DNA of 64,000 nt from Microbotryum violaceum (taxonomy: Eukaryota), in assembly GCA_001244265.2 (NCBI GenBank), contig CDLV01000005.1:2728001-2792000 (forward strand), written 5' to 3'. The notes under the pieces were generated by a model. The model was not told the DNA's origin, made no database searches, and saw only the letters and a list, made by a program, of their open reading frames with translations. The position numbers were made by a program, and so were the translations under genes. Below are positions 41,692 through 54,754 of this stretch, one piece after another (the first letter of the stretch is position 1; each line of letters starts with the position of its first letter).

Positions 41692-42297
41692 TATTAGCCC
41701 TCGCCCCGCGCGTCAGCCGCCAGGCGCCAGGCGGAGCTGTGCTGTAGAAGCAATGTCATGCAAAGCCACGCGCTTGCCGTCCATTAAATGAAATATAAGT
41801 GTAAGCATTGCTTGACGTTAACTAAAAAAAGAAAGAAAATACTGGGAACGCTGTAGCTTCGTTCGACCGGCACGAAAAATAGGAAAGTCGGCACAGCGCT
41901 GGAACATGACTTCTGATCGGAACATGGACACCACAGGCAGGTGCGGCAGACACAACAGTATGCTGGTACATCCACCACAGGCGGCCCGGAGGGCCGCAAC
42001 CTAGTTAAAAACAGCGATTTTAGGTACATTCCTTAACTCACACTTTTTTTTTACTAGTTAGGGTAATGAGTCCTTTCCCAAGGAAACCCCCCAGTCGGCA
42101 CTTTGCTCGGCGAGTGGTTCGTTCCATTTACGACTCGCCTTGCATTCTCGACTTCTCGCGTTTTCTCTTCTGCTTCGTCAGGCTTCCTTATGCCTTTGTA
42201 GAAAAGGTAATTGATACATTTGGGTTTCTGGATAAGTACAAGGCCAACTTCATTGGAGATAGAAAATATATATAGCCAATTGTTTCGGGTAAGCTTT

Positions 42298-44252
42298 TCA
42301 AAGTTTGCTTTGCGCTTCACCCTCCTTGGCCGCAAGGGTACGCAAATCTTTTCGGAGAATCTTTCCACTCGGAGACTAAGGATTGAAGACAGAAGAAACT
42401 TAGTACCGATGCTCCGGACGAATTTGATGACGTAGGAAGAAAAGTAACTGACTTTGGGGATGACGTCCAACAAGAAGACGCCGCCACGAAGTTTCTTGTG
42501 CGGTGCGACGCGATCAGCGACGAATTTTTGTACCTTCTTTGCCAGGTCCTGATCATCCTTTTGGGCCGCATCGGGAACGATGTAAGCTCGAGGGAATTCG
42601 GTCGCATCCGCTTCGGACCAAACGCCGATCACGGCCGCATCGGCCACGAGGGGGCATTCGAGCAAGAGCCCTTCCAATTCGGCGGGAGGGACTTGGAAGC
42701 CCTTGTACTGTAGACAGTGAAGGAGCAAACCGGTTTAAGCAAAGGCGATCGAGCAGAATTGAGGTTGGTGTGATTGGACCAACCTTGATCAACTCTTTTG
42801 TTCGGTCCACGATCGTGTATACACCATCTTCCGATCGAATGCAAACATCACCCGTCATGAGCCATCGGTCCTTGTTGATCGTCTCGGCAGTGGCCTTTTC
42901 GTTCTTGTGCTGCAGAAAGCAATGGTCCCAGAAATTTTCAGCTCTTTTCAATGCTGTAACGGAACAGCAGAGGAAGAGGGGGATGCACAACTTACGTATC
43001 CCTTCATGATGTTATTGCCTCGCAACCAGAGCTCTCCCGGCTCGCCGGCCTTGGCATCCTTACCCGTTTGAGGGTCGACCAACCTTGCTTCGACCGAAGC
43101 GAGTAAGCGACCTACCGTGCCCGCTTTAACTTCCTGGCTAATATCAGGCAAGAGGCCCACCGAAGTCGTCTCGGACATGCCGTAACCTTGAAGGATCAAG
43201 GTCTTGTGCTTCAACCGACGTTCGAGCACGGTTTGCAAATCTGCCGAAAGAGGTGCCGCACCGGACATGATCCAACGTAACGACGATAGGTCAAATTTGT
43301 CGACTATCGGGTGCTTGGCTAGTGCGAGCGCGATGGGAGGAACTAGGAGTGCGACCGTGGCCTTGTAACGCTGGACGGACTCGAGGAAGAGCGGTAGATC
43401 GAACTTGGTAAGCAGGACGATCGTTCCGCCGTTGAGGAGCGTTTGATGCAAAAGAACGATGAGCCCGTAGATATGATAGAGAGGCAAAACACCTATCACA
43501 CTTTTTTCCAATCATCGAAAAGGTGCGTACATCAGCTATGGCCGTTTTGCGCAGTCTAGGTCGAGAAAATTTGCTCACACTTCGGGACCATCAAACAGTC
43601 CCTTGACCTGTCGCAACTGCAACGAGACACTGGTGATGTTGAAAGTCGACACCGCAACACCTTTGCCTCTACCGGTCGTTCCGGACGAGAAGGGGAGGTA
43701 CGCGGGGGCGTAGATGTCGGGGACCTTGAGCTGCTTGAACCCTTTGCCGGAGCCGATGAGGACCTCGTACGATTCGAGGCCTTGGAGGTTGATTTTGCCG
43801 TCGACACCGGGGAGGACAAAGATCTGCGATTCCTTGAGCCCTGCCTCCTGAACGGCTTTTTTAGCGACGTCGACGAGGTTGGAACCGACGAGCAAGAGGT
43901 CGGCATCCGAGATGTTGATCTGGTGCGCGAGCTCATTCGGGGTGTAGGACGAATTGGCGGTGGTGGCGACCATGGCCGCTGCCTGCGCTCCAAAGAGCAG
44001 ACTCGGGTAGATGATGGAATTCGGAGAGAAGATGAGCATGGTCTGACCTGGCTTGTAGCGCTGCGAGAGACCGTGGCCGAACTTGAGCGAATCGTTGATG
44101 AGCTGCTTGTAAGTGACCTCTGTACCCGTGCCCGCGTCGACGAGCGCAACATTGTTGGGCTGAATCTTGTCGTTATTCTCAAAAATGAAGTCAAACAGGC
44201 CCTGGTCGGACCATTTTTCGACGGCGGGGAAGGGCGAGGTGTAGATCGTCAT
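42298..44252 (-). CDS. 4-coumarate/phenylacetyl-CoA ligase-like AMP-binding enzyme with C-terminal SKL (peroxisomal)
   Basis: Motifs FSSGTTGRGKGV, LPLYHIYG, QGYGMSET, GELWLRG, TGDV, DRTKELIK|YKGFQVPPAELE, SPSGKILRK...EAQSKL*. Confidence 0.9.
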
Positions 44253-45096
44253 GACGGCAGGGGTGCAAGGTAGTGTGCAGTGTGTGGGGAACAAGGTGGG
44301 GGTCGCCGGGTGAAAACAGGTGGGACTTGAAGCAGGAAAAGTGGGTACAGTGGGGTGTCTGATGTAAGCACCGAGATGGAGGGAGCTTATTGAAAAGAGG
44401 AGTTTACTTGGAGGAGCGCTGGATGGGGGTGCAAGGGCCGGAGAACGAGAGCGGTCTTACGGGAACCCACCGCGTCACTCGCCGCGGATGGATCCGGCAT
44501 GCGCGGAAGCCGGCACAAGCCGACCCAGCCGGCGCGTCGCGTCTATTAGTAGATCGCACCCAAGAGTTTGATGGATGGGACCGGCCCCGCTTTTCACATG
44601 CGAACGTTCAGAGTCAAGGCTGGCACAAGATGGCCGCGGCATAGGTCCCTACTACTACAAATTCCGGCCTACAGCACTTAGCCGTTATAGTTACGGCTTA
44701 TGCGTTTGACTTCGGGTGTAAAAGCAGGACCTTGTTGGCCCTGGCTGAGCAGATCTGTCTTGGTGGCAGCGGGATCTTCCTGGCGCCACTCTCCTATAAT
44801 GAGATGCCACGCCGACTCCGCTAAGGCTCGACCGCCCGCCGGCTGCCCTAATCCAGATCCGATGGCAACAAAGCGGGTCTCACGCCGACTTGATAGTAAT
44901 ACCATCGCAAGCTGCAACTTTTCGGACTGGAAGCCCTTCCGCAGCAGCTTCCTCTCGGCAGGGAATAGTATTACACCCATCCGAGCGCTAGCCCTTGAGC
45001 GAATAAAACTGACTTGAAAGTCTCATCAAGTAACGATCTAGGCGTCAATCGATTCATTACTACACCCTTACAAAAGCCACCTATTTTTGTTGTTGA

Positions 45097-46437
45097 TCAC
45101 AATTCCCCCTTAAGCCGATCCAAAGCCTCATGCCCAACCTGACTCAACCGATCCAACAGGTTTGCCCCTCCCGCACCAAAGGTGCCGGTCTTGTATTTCC
45201 CGTAAATGGTCGCGGCACCAATGCAGAATACGACGACACTAATGTCGTTCAAGAGGACGGTGACGAGGGTCATGTAGCGTACGATGGTGGAAATGAGGAG
45301 GCCGATTTGAGGGGAAAATTGAGAGACGAGGGGGAGGATGCTGTTGAGCATCGAGGGGGCGGGGGCTCGATTCTGTCGGAAGGAGAAAGGATTGTTTATT
45401 TTAATGTTCGGGTAGGTTTGAGAATGAACATACCCTCAATAGGAACAAGCGCGAAGTTTGCAGCACCAGTTCGAGGCTGACAAACATCCACAGCAGAGGC
45501 TAATATCCCGAAAGAGTAAACATCAGCGGGGACACCAAACAAAGTGATTGAACTTTGCTCATGTGGACTCACCACGACCGACAATCCAACTCCAGCAAGT
45601 TGATCGACCTGACCTGCGATCGTGCCCTGCACCGGCTTCGTCGCTCCCAGCCGTGCCCAAGCAGCCCAATCGATCTTGGACCCAATGCCCATCCACCCGT
45701 ACTGGCCAAACTTTTTAGCCGGCTCAACGTAGACGATCGCATAGACGGACAGGGCGATCATGGACACGAGGTGAAGGAGGGGGAACACTCGATCGAGCCA
45801 GGTCTTGGGCGTAGGAGGGAAAGCCGACAGGCCCGGTTGAGCTGGTATTCCTCCTCCCGCGGCTCCGGGTTGTGCGTTCATGAGGTTGGCGAACATGTTG
45901 GCTCCTCCGGGACCAAAGGGTGAAGGTGCGGTTGCATTCGGATCGACCCCGATGCCAGGTGCTGCTCCGGCTCCGCCCATCATCTGTGCCATCATTTGGG
46001 CGAACGGATCCGCTCCCGTTGCTGCGCCTGGTCCACCAAACATTTGGTCGAACTGGGCCAGTTGTTGAGGATTGAGTTGGGCGAGTGCATTCGCTCTGGC
46101 GTTGATGCTCGCTGCGGCGAGATCGACCTCGGCGGGATCGTCGTCGTCTCGTGGTGCGAGCGAGCGCGGTGGCGGTGGGGACGAAGAAGGTGCAGTTCGA
46201 GGTGCGATTCCGACGGCGGCTGTGGGGCAGGCAGACAGAGGCAGACAGAGGCAGACAGATTCAACACACACACTCTTGAACAGAGACTGCTCTGTACTGA
46301 CCATCTGAAATGACTCGACCTTCCCCCTTTGCGGCGCCGGTAATCTTGGCCAGTCGCTCGTTGGATTTGGCGAGCAGCTTGGCCTGACGAGCGGCGGCTT
46401 TGGCCCGTCGTTCTTCGGCAGCGGCGTCGTCTGCCAT
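45097..46437 (-). CDS. GET2: GET complex subunit Get2/CAML-like ER membrane protein
   Basis: N-terminal basic helix (ERRAKAAARQAKLLAKSNERLAKIT), disordered middle, and C-terminal hydrophobic segments ending ...LLNDISVVVFCIG. Confidence 0.7.
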
Positions 46438-46713
46438 CTTGTGTACGAGCGTGGACTGGAGTGGAGTGGGATGGGGGGCTGGTGCGAGGTGGGAGGTGGT
46501 ACGGCCGAGAGCTGAGATTGCTGAGAAGGCAAACGTGATCGACGTCACTCCGGTCAGGCGCGCTGGCTGAGGCAGGCTGAGGCTGGCGGGGAAATGGCCG
46601 GTCTGCAGTCTGCCGCGGTCTGCCGTAATATTCCACGCTCAGCGCTCAGCGTGCACCTCCTTTCCCCCTCAGCCTCACCCCATCCCCTCACGCTGGCAGG
46701 ACCTCAGCCCACG

Positions 46714-48373
46714 ATGGCGTCCATGGTCGACGACTTTGCTGCGACGACGACGATTGGAGAACGAGTCGCTGCCCCGACGCAGCACGCCGTTCGTGTAGCC
46801 AATACCGGACCCCGAGCACCGGTCTTTGGCGTGCCTCCCAAGCTCGAAGTAGGTCGTATCATCCCTGCTCAGCGCGTCCAACACCTCGTGTGATGCTCGT
46901 CGACTGCATTGGGGCTATCTCTTCAAACGCCAAGTCTGCGCGTGTCGTGGCCGACCCCCATCTGGGCAGTCAGACCGCGCACACAACCCGTTCAGCCTTT
47001 CCCGGGTCAACGCCACGAGCATTCACTAACTCGAAATCATCCAATTGCAATCCGCAGCCCTTTTGTCTGCTCGCCAAGTCAGCCCGTGGAGCAAGTGCAG
47101 CTGCGCTCGTGGCCCAGGCGACCGCAGCCCCAGGCGTGTACGTCTTTGGCGAGCTGTTGGCCATGCCGAGCATACAAGACGTGAGTTTGTCAATTCGATC
47201 ACGCCACACAAGCGAACCTAGCTGACCTTTTTTGGGATGTTGGCTACTCGGATCCAGCTCGCGACTAGCGAGGGTCACGCTTCCAGTCTCGAATTGCTCA
47301 AGATTTTTGCCTATGGCACTTGGTCCGACTACCACCGTAAGGCTCATCACTGCCTTAGCTCATTCCCAAGCCCCCCCCCCCCCACCCCCCGCTCATCCTC
47401 TCCCATGGAACATTGACAGAGAACCGCTCGAGTCTGCCCGAACTCGGTCCGGTTCAGGAGGTCAAGCTGAGGCACCTCACCATCGTCTCCTTGGCCATGC
47501 AAGCTAGGGTCAGTCCAATCTCGATCCTACATTGGACAAAAAGACTGAACGATACATACCGATTGACAGGTCATCGCCTACTCGACCTTGCTCTCCACAC
47601 TCGAGCTCGACTCGATCCCCAAGCTCGAAGATCTGCTCATCGAAGGCATCTACGCCGGCGTCTTTGACGGTCGACTCGATCAACATCGCGCCAGGATCGA
47701 GATCACCTCTTCGATAGGTCGAGATGTTCGTTCGGACCCAATTACCGAACCCGTCAAAGCCACCAGCGATACTTCACTTTCGCCTTCGGCCCCGACGACC
47801 GAGATGGAAGTTGACCCTTCCGCTACTGCCCCGACCCCTTCTACTCGAATCGACACGACGTCTCTCATTCCCGAATCATCGCATTCGATTGCTTCGATGA
47901 CGACCTCACTCTCGTCCTGGCTCGTAACTATTTCGAGTCTGCTCAGCTCGCTCGATCGTCATTTGGCGCAATTGACCGCCGATGGGATCAACGAGTTACG
48001 CGCGCAACAAGAGCACGACAAGGCCGTGCAAAAGGTTATCGATGAGAATGCTAAGGATTCAATAACGATGAATACCGCTGGAATGGTCGGTAAGGGGAAG
48101 GAGAGGGAGAGGAGAAGCGGTACAGGAGTTGTGGGATCGCAGCTACAGTTCTCGGACCCAAGTGGGGGTGGGGCTTCTTCTGGTGCTGGAACGAGGGGGG
48201 GTGGGGCAGCTTCCTCGGTCAGTGCTGCTGGTCCCGTCGGTGGTGGTGGTGGAGGGGAGGGGGAGTTTGTGGGGGATATGGATATCGATAGTACGGGACC
48301 TGATGCGTCGGGCTCGTTGACGAGGAACGCTAAAACTTTGGCGGGGAGGTTGAGAAAGAGGGGGAGGACTTGA
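46714..48373 (+). CDS. CSN7: COP9 signalosome subunit 7 (PCI domain)
   Basis: LE|PFCLLAKSARGA...APGVYVFGELL, LLKIFAYGT, KLRHLTIVSLA, LEDLLIEGIYAG...GRLDQ, GRDVR. Confidence 0.85.
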
Positions 48374-48612
48374 AATCTTCTGCGAGGCGGGTTGATGTTG
48401 TAGCGCTTTGGGTGTGAGATTTTTCAGCATATGCACTTTTTGCAAGTTTTGTCTTTTGCTCGTTCGTCTGATGGATTGGAGTGTCTTTTGTGAGCAGATC
48501 ATATCTCGGATAAAATGCGCCGCCCCCCTCCCCCCCACCGGAGGACCACTTTGCAGGTCAGTTTGCTTCCGCGCGTTGCGAACTGCATCGACGACCGTAT
48601 ATGTGCGAGTGA

Positions 48613-50736
48613 ATGCGCCCGTACGCAAGCCTACTACATCGTCTGGCCCCCATCCAACCAAAAACCCTTCCCCTCCCCTCCCTCAATCGAACCATGTCCA
48701 CGAACACCACCACCACAGCCGACCGTTCGTACGGCTCTGCGATCTCGCTCTTGAACTCGCTCCAATCCAACGCTTCGGTGATTGACAACATCCGCAAGAC
48801 GGGAGGGAAGAATGGCGAGGCGCAGATGGGCGAGACAGTCGGGTACTTGGAGAGGTTGGGATACAAGGTTCGTTTTTTTGGGAGAGCTTTTCGGTGGTGA
48901 AAGAGGGAAGCATGGACGAGAAAGCTGATCTAATCTTCTATCACGTGGGCTCAATCGGACCTAGCCGTCCGACCTCAACGCGCTCAACGTCCTCCACATC
49001 ACCGGAACTAAAGGCAAAGGATCCACATCCGCCTTTGTCGATTCTCTCCTGCGTCACATCGAACCCTCCGCAAAGACGGGATTGTACACCTCGCCTCATA
49101 TGGTCGCCGTGAGGGAGAGGATTCGGTTGAACGGAACACCCTTGGACGAGGAGACCTTTGCGAGGTATTTCTTTGAAGTTTGGGATAGACTGGAGAACAA
49201 TCCAGAGGTGAGTGGTGTGGTCGTGCGGGAGTGAGAGGGGGGTTATAAGAGAACTGATGTTGGAGTTGTTTGAGAGCAGAGGAAAGATCGCGAAACGACG
49301 CCGGAGAAACCGGCTTACTTCCGCTATCTCACCTTGATGGCCTTTCACGTCTTTTTACGAGAAAAGGTCCGATATCCCACTCCCCATTGTTCCCCCTGCA
49401 CTAGTCGCTAAACACAGATCTTCTTGGCCTTTTCCCCCTCTTCCCCCCAGGTCGACGCGACGATCCTCGAAGTCGGCGTCGGAGGCACCTACGATTCGAC
49501 CAATGTCGTGCCTCAACCTATCGTAACGGGTGTCACATCCTTGGGGATAGATCATGTATTTGTACTCGGAAAGACGATCCCGGAGATCGCGACGCAGAAG
49601 GGCGGGATTTACAAGGTAAAGTTCTGTTTGCGGCGAAACACGTTTCGGAGCAAATTGCGAACCCTCCTCAGGGGAAGAGTGTGACCGCGGACGCTGACCG
49701 AGTTCTTGGATCATTTTTAAAAATTATTGCATTAGCCCGGAGTACCGGCCTTGGCCGTCCAACAACCCGCGGAAGGGCTTGACGTGTTGACTTCGAGAGC
49801 GAAAGAGCTCGGCGCCTCGTCGTTTACGATCGTTCCTGAAATTGAAGAGCTCAAGACAATAAAGCTGGGTGAGTGGCGTCTGGTGAAATACAGACGGACG
49901 TGAGGTACTCAAGCACTACGACTTTTCATCGACCAGGTCTCGCTGGAGCCCATCAACGCATCAACGCCTCGCTCGCCGTCGGGCTCGTTCGCTCATTCCT
50001 CGCTTCCCCTCGACTGCCACCCGCCTACTCCTCGTCCGCTCTGGACGCATCGACCTCCACGTCTCTCGCCAGTTGTTTGATCGCGCCGCAGCCTTTACCG
50101 TCTCGGATTGTCAAGGGTCTGGAAGCCACTCGCTGGCCAGGGCGATGTCAAATCGAACGAGATACGCAATCCTTGTCGGTGGGGTGGTACCTCGACGGTG
50201 CGCATACGGTCGAAAGTTTACAATGTTGTGGCGAATGGTTCGGTCAAGTCGGTCTTGGCTCATCACCGAATCATCAGCGCGTGCTCGTATTCAATTGCAC
50301 TTCCGGTCGATCAGGTCTTTCCCTCCTCGGGACTTTGGTCAGATCGCTGGGAAAATTCAGTCAGGCCGCTCCAGCCTTTCACCAGGTCGTGTTTTGTACC
50401 AATACGACGTTCTCTTCGGGTTCTTCGACGGGGGACTTGACCTCCAACGCGGTCGATCAGAAAGAATTGGAGAAGTTGACCATGCAACACGAGTTGAAGG
50501 ACGCGTGGAAAGAATTGACGCGCTTACCCGAGGGGAAGGAGGTTCAAGCGCAGGTGGCGCAGGTGCAGGTGTTGGGATCGATCGAGGATGCGGTGAGAAT
50601 GATTAGAGGTCTGGCTGGGAAAGGTGAGGGTGAGGGTGAGGGTGAGGGGAAGGTGGATGTGGATGTGGATGTGTTGGTGACGGGGAGTTTGCATTTGGTC
50701 GGTGGGGTGATGGCCGTGGCCGAGTTGCCGCTGTAG
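48613..50736 (+). CDS. MET7: folylpolyglutamate synthase; in-frame starts at 48613 and 48694
   Basis: Motifs LNSLQSN, HITGTKGKGST, GLYTSPH...RERIRLNG, ILEVGVGGTYDSTN, SLGIDH, WPGRCQ, YLDGAHT, LVTGSLHLVGG. Confidence 0.92.
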
Positions 50737-50902
50737 AACTGCATTTCTACTCATTGTGGGCTTCGCTTGAAACTTAGTAATGAGGTTATTCAATTTCCGC
50801 GTCTTTTTGGGGCCAGCCGCGCCCGGAGTCGGGTCCGCGCTCCTCCGCCCTGCTCTCGACCCGCACCCGCTCACCCGCACCGCAGCCCACCGACCGGAAA
50901 CG

Positions 50903-52333
50903 ATGCTCGCCCGTACCGCCGCCCGCTCTGCCCTGCGACCAGCTGTTCGATCAGCTGTTGTGGCTCCTTCATCGTGAGTGGTGGTGACGCTTAGAGGGGG
51001 ATGCAGTGTAGTGTAGTGTGTGTGCTCGTACTGGACGGGTTCCCTTCTTTGCCCGATGGCTTGTACGACCGAGGGAGGATGGAGGGTGGTATCGACGTGG
51101 GGATGGATGAGGGTGGATGTACCCGTGGGGACGCTGTACTGACTGAATGCTTCCGTCTTATCCCCCTGTGCGTGTGTGTACCTGGCTATACGGTTGTTGC
51201 AATTGCGGTCGGGTCTTGCTCGGCTCGGTTTGGCTGGTCTGGCTGGTCTGGCTGGTTTGGCTGGTCTGCGTCTGTCGTCGCCTTCGCCTCCGCCTCGCGC
51301 GTCTAACACACGCCTACCGCCCAACCCGCACCCGCACCCACGCCGACACTCGACCCCTCAACAACAACCATGCTCACCCTCCACCCCATGATACAGTCTC
51401 CGCTTCGCTTCCTCCGCGTCCGAGAAGCCCGCACCCGCCGTCAAGGCCAATGCCCTGATCGACGCCCTGCCCGGTAACTCGCTCGTGTCCAAGACGGGCA
51501 TCATCACCGCCACCACCGCCGTCGCCGCCGCCGGTATCTCTTCCGAGTTGTTTGTCCTCAACGAGGAAGTGGTCGTGAGTGGTGTGACCCCTTGCGCCGC
51601 GGGAGAGATCGAATTCGGAAAGGATCGTGTTGATCTGTTTGTTTGCGCGCGTTCTCTTTTCGTACCACAGATCCTCGGCTCGTTCGTCATCTTTGTCGGT
51701 TACGTCGCCTCCGCCGTGCGAGGTCCTTACACCGAATGGGCCAACGGCCAGATCGACGTAAGTAGTGATCCGATTCGGTGTCGTGTCAGACGACGAACCA
51801 AAAACCAAAGGCTCACCACCTTTCGCTTGTTCGTGGGCGCCAACCCCCGTCGAGTAGAAGATTCGGGGAATCCTCAACTCGGCCCGCGCGACGCACACCC
51901 AAGCCGTGCAAGGCCGCATCGACTCGGTCGGTGAGATGAAGGACGTCGAGGCCTTGACCAAGCAGTTGTTTGAACTCTCAAAGGTGAATCATCACGGATG
52001 GGATTGGTGGCTTGACTAATCAAAAAAACAGACCCCCATGAACTGACCCCCCCCCCCAACACGGTTTCAACTTGGTCCGGATAGCAAACGGCCCAACTTG
52101 AACACGAAACGTTTACGTTGAAGCAACAAATCGCTTTAACTTCGGACATCAAATCCGTCCTCGATTCGTGGGTTCGTCACGAGGCCCAAGTTAGGGAACA
52201 GGAACAACGCGATTTGGTGCGGACCGTGTTGGAGAACGTGCAAAAGTCGTTGAACGATAAGAAGTTGCAGAAGGATATCTTGGTCGCTGCCGTCGCTGAT
52301 GTGGAGGCTTTGGTCAAGAGTAAGGCGATTTGA
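50903..52333 (+). CDS. ATP4: mitochondrial ATP synthase subunit b (subunit 4)
   Basis: Presequence MLARTAARSALRPA; KANALIDALPGNSLVSKTG; ELFVLNEE; KSVLDSWVRHEAQVREQEQ. Confidence 0.93.
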
Positions 52334-52800
52334 ATTTAGGGAGTTGAGGGAGATGGAGATGGAAGAGGGAGGGACATTGGAATGATAAGTGGGAGGAAAA
52401 CCGATTGGGAAAAGGTCGGCGGGAATAGGTGATTTCTGGATTAACTACCCTTCGTTGGCTTTTTGGTACCTGGCCTTGATTAGACGGACGTGGTGAGAAG
52501 TCTACCTTACACTACTGAGCGTAGGGGTAGGGTTGGGAGTCTCTTTTCTGAAATTGTGCTTTTGTGAAAAAAGAAGAGAAGCTTTTTTGATTCTCGAATG
52601 GTTACGCTCTCGGATTAGGAAAGAAGGGTCCGGTCTCGTATTAGGGACAACATGTTACTGCGTTGTTACAACAAAAGCAAGAAGACGACCGAGACAGAAT
52701 TGATAAACGACTGCACCGTCGAGAAAGCTCGAACGGGGGGTGTTCACGCTTGCGTGGTCGGGGATTCGCTCGATGGGTCGGGGGGAGGAACCTGGGCGTT

Positions 52801-53758
52801 TTACTGAGGCGGAGCAAGTAAAGGTGGATCATTCACTACGTCCCTTACGCCGTCGATGCGGTTTTCCAAGGGTGGGATCACGACCAGGTCCGTATCGAAG
52901 AGCTGTGTGAAGGACAGGCGGGAGGGATCAGGGTCCGGGTTGGGGGGTGACTTCTTCGGCCGGTGGAGGGTTCCGGGTTTGAAAGAAAGAGATGGCGGGG
53001 GGGGGGAGGAGTAGGAGATACGAGAGGGCTTACTTCGATGAATTGCTATTTCGAACAAAGAGGCGGAAAACAATACACGGGCAAGGTAATGGTTAGCGGG
53101 TATTTCTAGAGAAGAGAAGATTCTTCGTTGGCCAGCTAGGCAAAGAGACGAACCTCTTCAATGTCGCGAGATTGCGAGCCTGCCAACGAGGCGTACTGTG
53201 ACCACAAAAAAGGGCGGATGAGCGAAAACGCTATTTGGAAGTTGAGGTGTTGCGAAGATCACCTCTGCGAATATGGCGGACAGGGTCCAGCGCTGCAATT
53301 TTCTCAGACAGCCGATCAGGATCCCAACTTCGTGTACGCCCGAGCTGCGAACAGAAGAAGAGAATAATTAGCTAATCTCCACAAAACGAATAAAAGCTCT
53401 ATCGAACCTGCACCACTTGCGGATCGACGACCAAACACGGTGCATTCTCCCTGCTCAACAGGACCTGCAAGCCTTCCTTGACCAACTCCTCTTGAACGGG
53501 TTTCCACGTGCTTGCTTCGCCGACGACGTCCCTCTTTCGGCCGAGATGGACCAGACGGACGTTTTGGAGTTCGCACCATTGTTGCAACGCTTTGGAGGGG
53601 AGTTCGGGGCCTAGGGAGAGGAGGGTCTTCAGGTGCAGAGGGACGAGATAGGGGAGGTGGGAGGAGGTGGGTACGCTGCTACGGTAGAGGAAGGGGGAGA
53701 CGAGGGCGAAGGAGGGTGGGGGGTCGTATAGGGTGGTAGGCGTTGCGATTGTCGTCAT
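52801..53758 (-). CDS. OCA4: Siw14/Oca-family (Oca4-like) tyrosine-phosphatase-fold protein, probably inactive
   Basis: PPPSFALVSPFLYRS, GCLRKLQRW, QFIE|LFD. The CX5R loop is replaced by VVDPSGVHEVG. GC-AG intron at 53345-53420 and 12-nt microexon at 53034-53045. Confidence 0.72.
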
Positions 53759-53936
53759 GGGTGAGGCTGGTGAGGAGCGCGCCAGGTGGTGGTGTGGTGG
53801 ACGGCGAGGCCGCGGGAACGGGAGAAGGCTGAAGGCGGTGAGCTCGACGGAGCGCCTCAGTTGAAAGAGGTCCGTGCGCTTCGGTGCGCAGCTCCGGTCC
53901 CGCTCCCGGACGCGACGTCATCGGGTAAAATCAACC

Positions 53937-54091
53937 AGTGTAAGCTACACGAGAACTGCTCCAGCCTGAGTCTCTCCTAAAGGTGACAAAAACGGTATCA
54001 TTCTCCGAGCGTAGTGCAAGCTACACGAGAACTGCTCCAGCCTGAGTCTCTCCTAAAGGTGAAAAAAAAAACGGTATTATTCTCCGAGCGT
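53937..54091. repeat. tandem duplication of a 76/79-bp unit in the OCA4-like/PCH2 divergent promoter
   Basis: Unit 1 at 53937-54012 and unit 2 at 54013-54091 differ only by a few substitutions and an A-run expansion. Confidence 0.95.
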
Positions 54092-54127
54092 TGCTTGTGG
54101 TTGGATTATAGTCGAAAATCCATCACG

Positions 54128-54162
54128 ACGCGTCTGGCAATTGAAGTCCAGCTTTCACGCGT
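54128..54162. promoter_or_regulatory. two MCB (ACGCGT) boxes upstream of PCH2
   Basis: ACGCGT at 54128-54133 and 54157-54162, about 85-120 bp upstream of the PCH2 ATG. Function inferred from yeast MBF biology. Confidence 0.4.
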
Positions 54163-54245
54163 CTCGCGCTCTGCCCGCTCGCCAGACCCCCAAATCAAAA
54201 TCTCCCCGAAAACAGAATCGACGACGCAGCACTTGACCCGCAAGC

Positions 54246-54717
54246 ATGGGATCCAGCGGCTTTGAACTAGCCATCACGCCCCCACGACCTCGTCAGCAAT
54301 CCAAGAAGCTGTCGAGTGCGGCCTCCACCACCGCAGCAGCCGCAGCAACAGCAGCAGCAACGACGGCGATCTCGCCCCTGCGCAAAGGTTCACTCAACCA
54401 CCCGCCGAAGGTTCTGCCAATTCTGCCAATTCTGCCTCTGCCGCAGCAGCGATCTTTGTCGCCCTTGACGCACCTATCGACGTCGACTCGGTCTCCCAGC
54501 TCGAGTACGAACATACTGCACGAGCACACACTCGCTCACCCCGTGCCAAATCGCACCAACGGCCTCGGTCGCACCACTTTGTTCGGCGAGCCGCCGTCCA
54601 TTTCTAGGAGTACGAGCGCGGGTGACATGTCCATGGTCGACGACGACGACGACGACGAACGTCAGCGCAGTAACCAGTTACAGGATGAGCAACTTGATCT
54701 CGAACACCACGACTGGC

Positions 54718-54754
<37 letters not shown>

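Noticed and set aside
44668-44700. Hairpin AGCCGT...ACGGCT near GTAG, loosely like the Helitron end
   Set aside because: Short and compatible with chance; no other Helitron sequence nearby.
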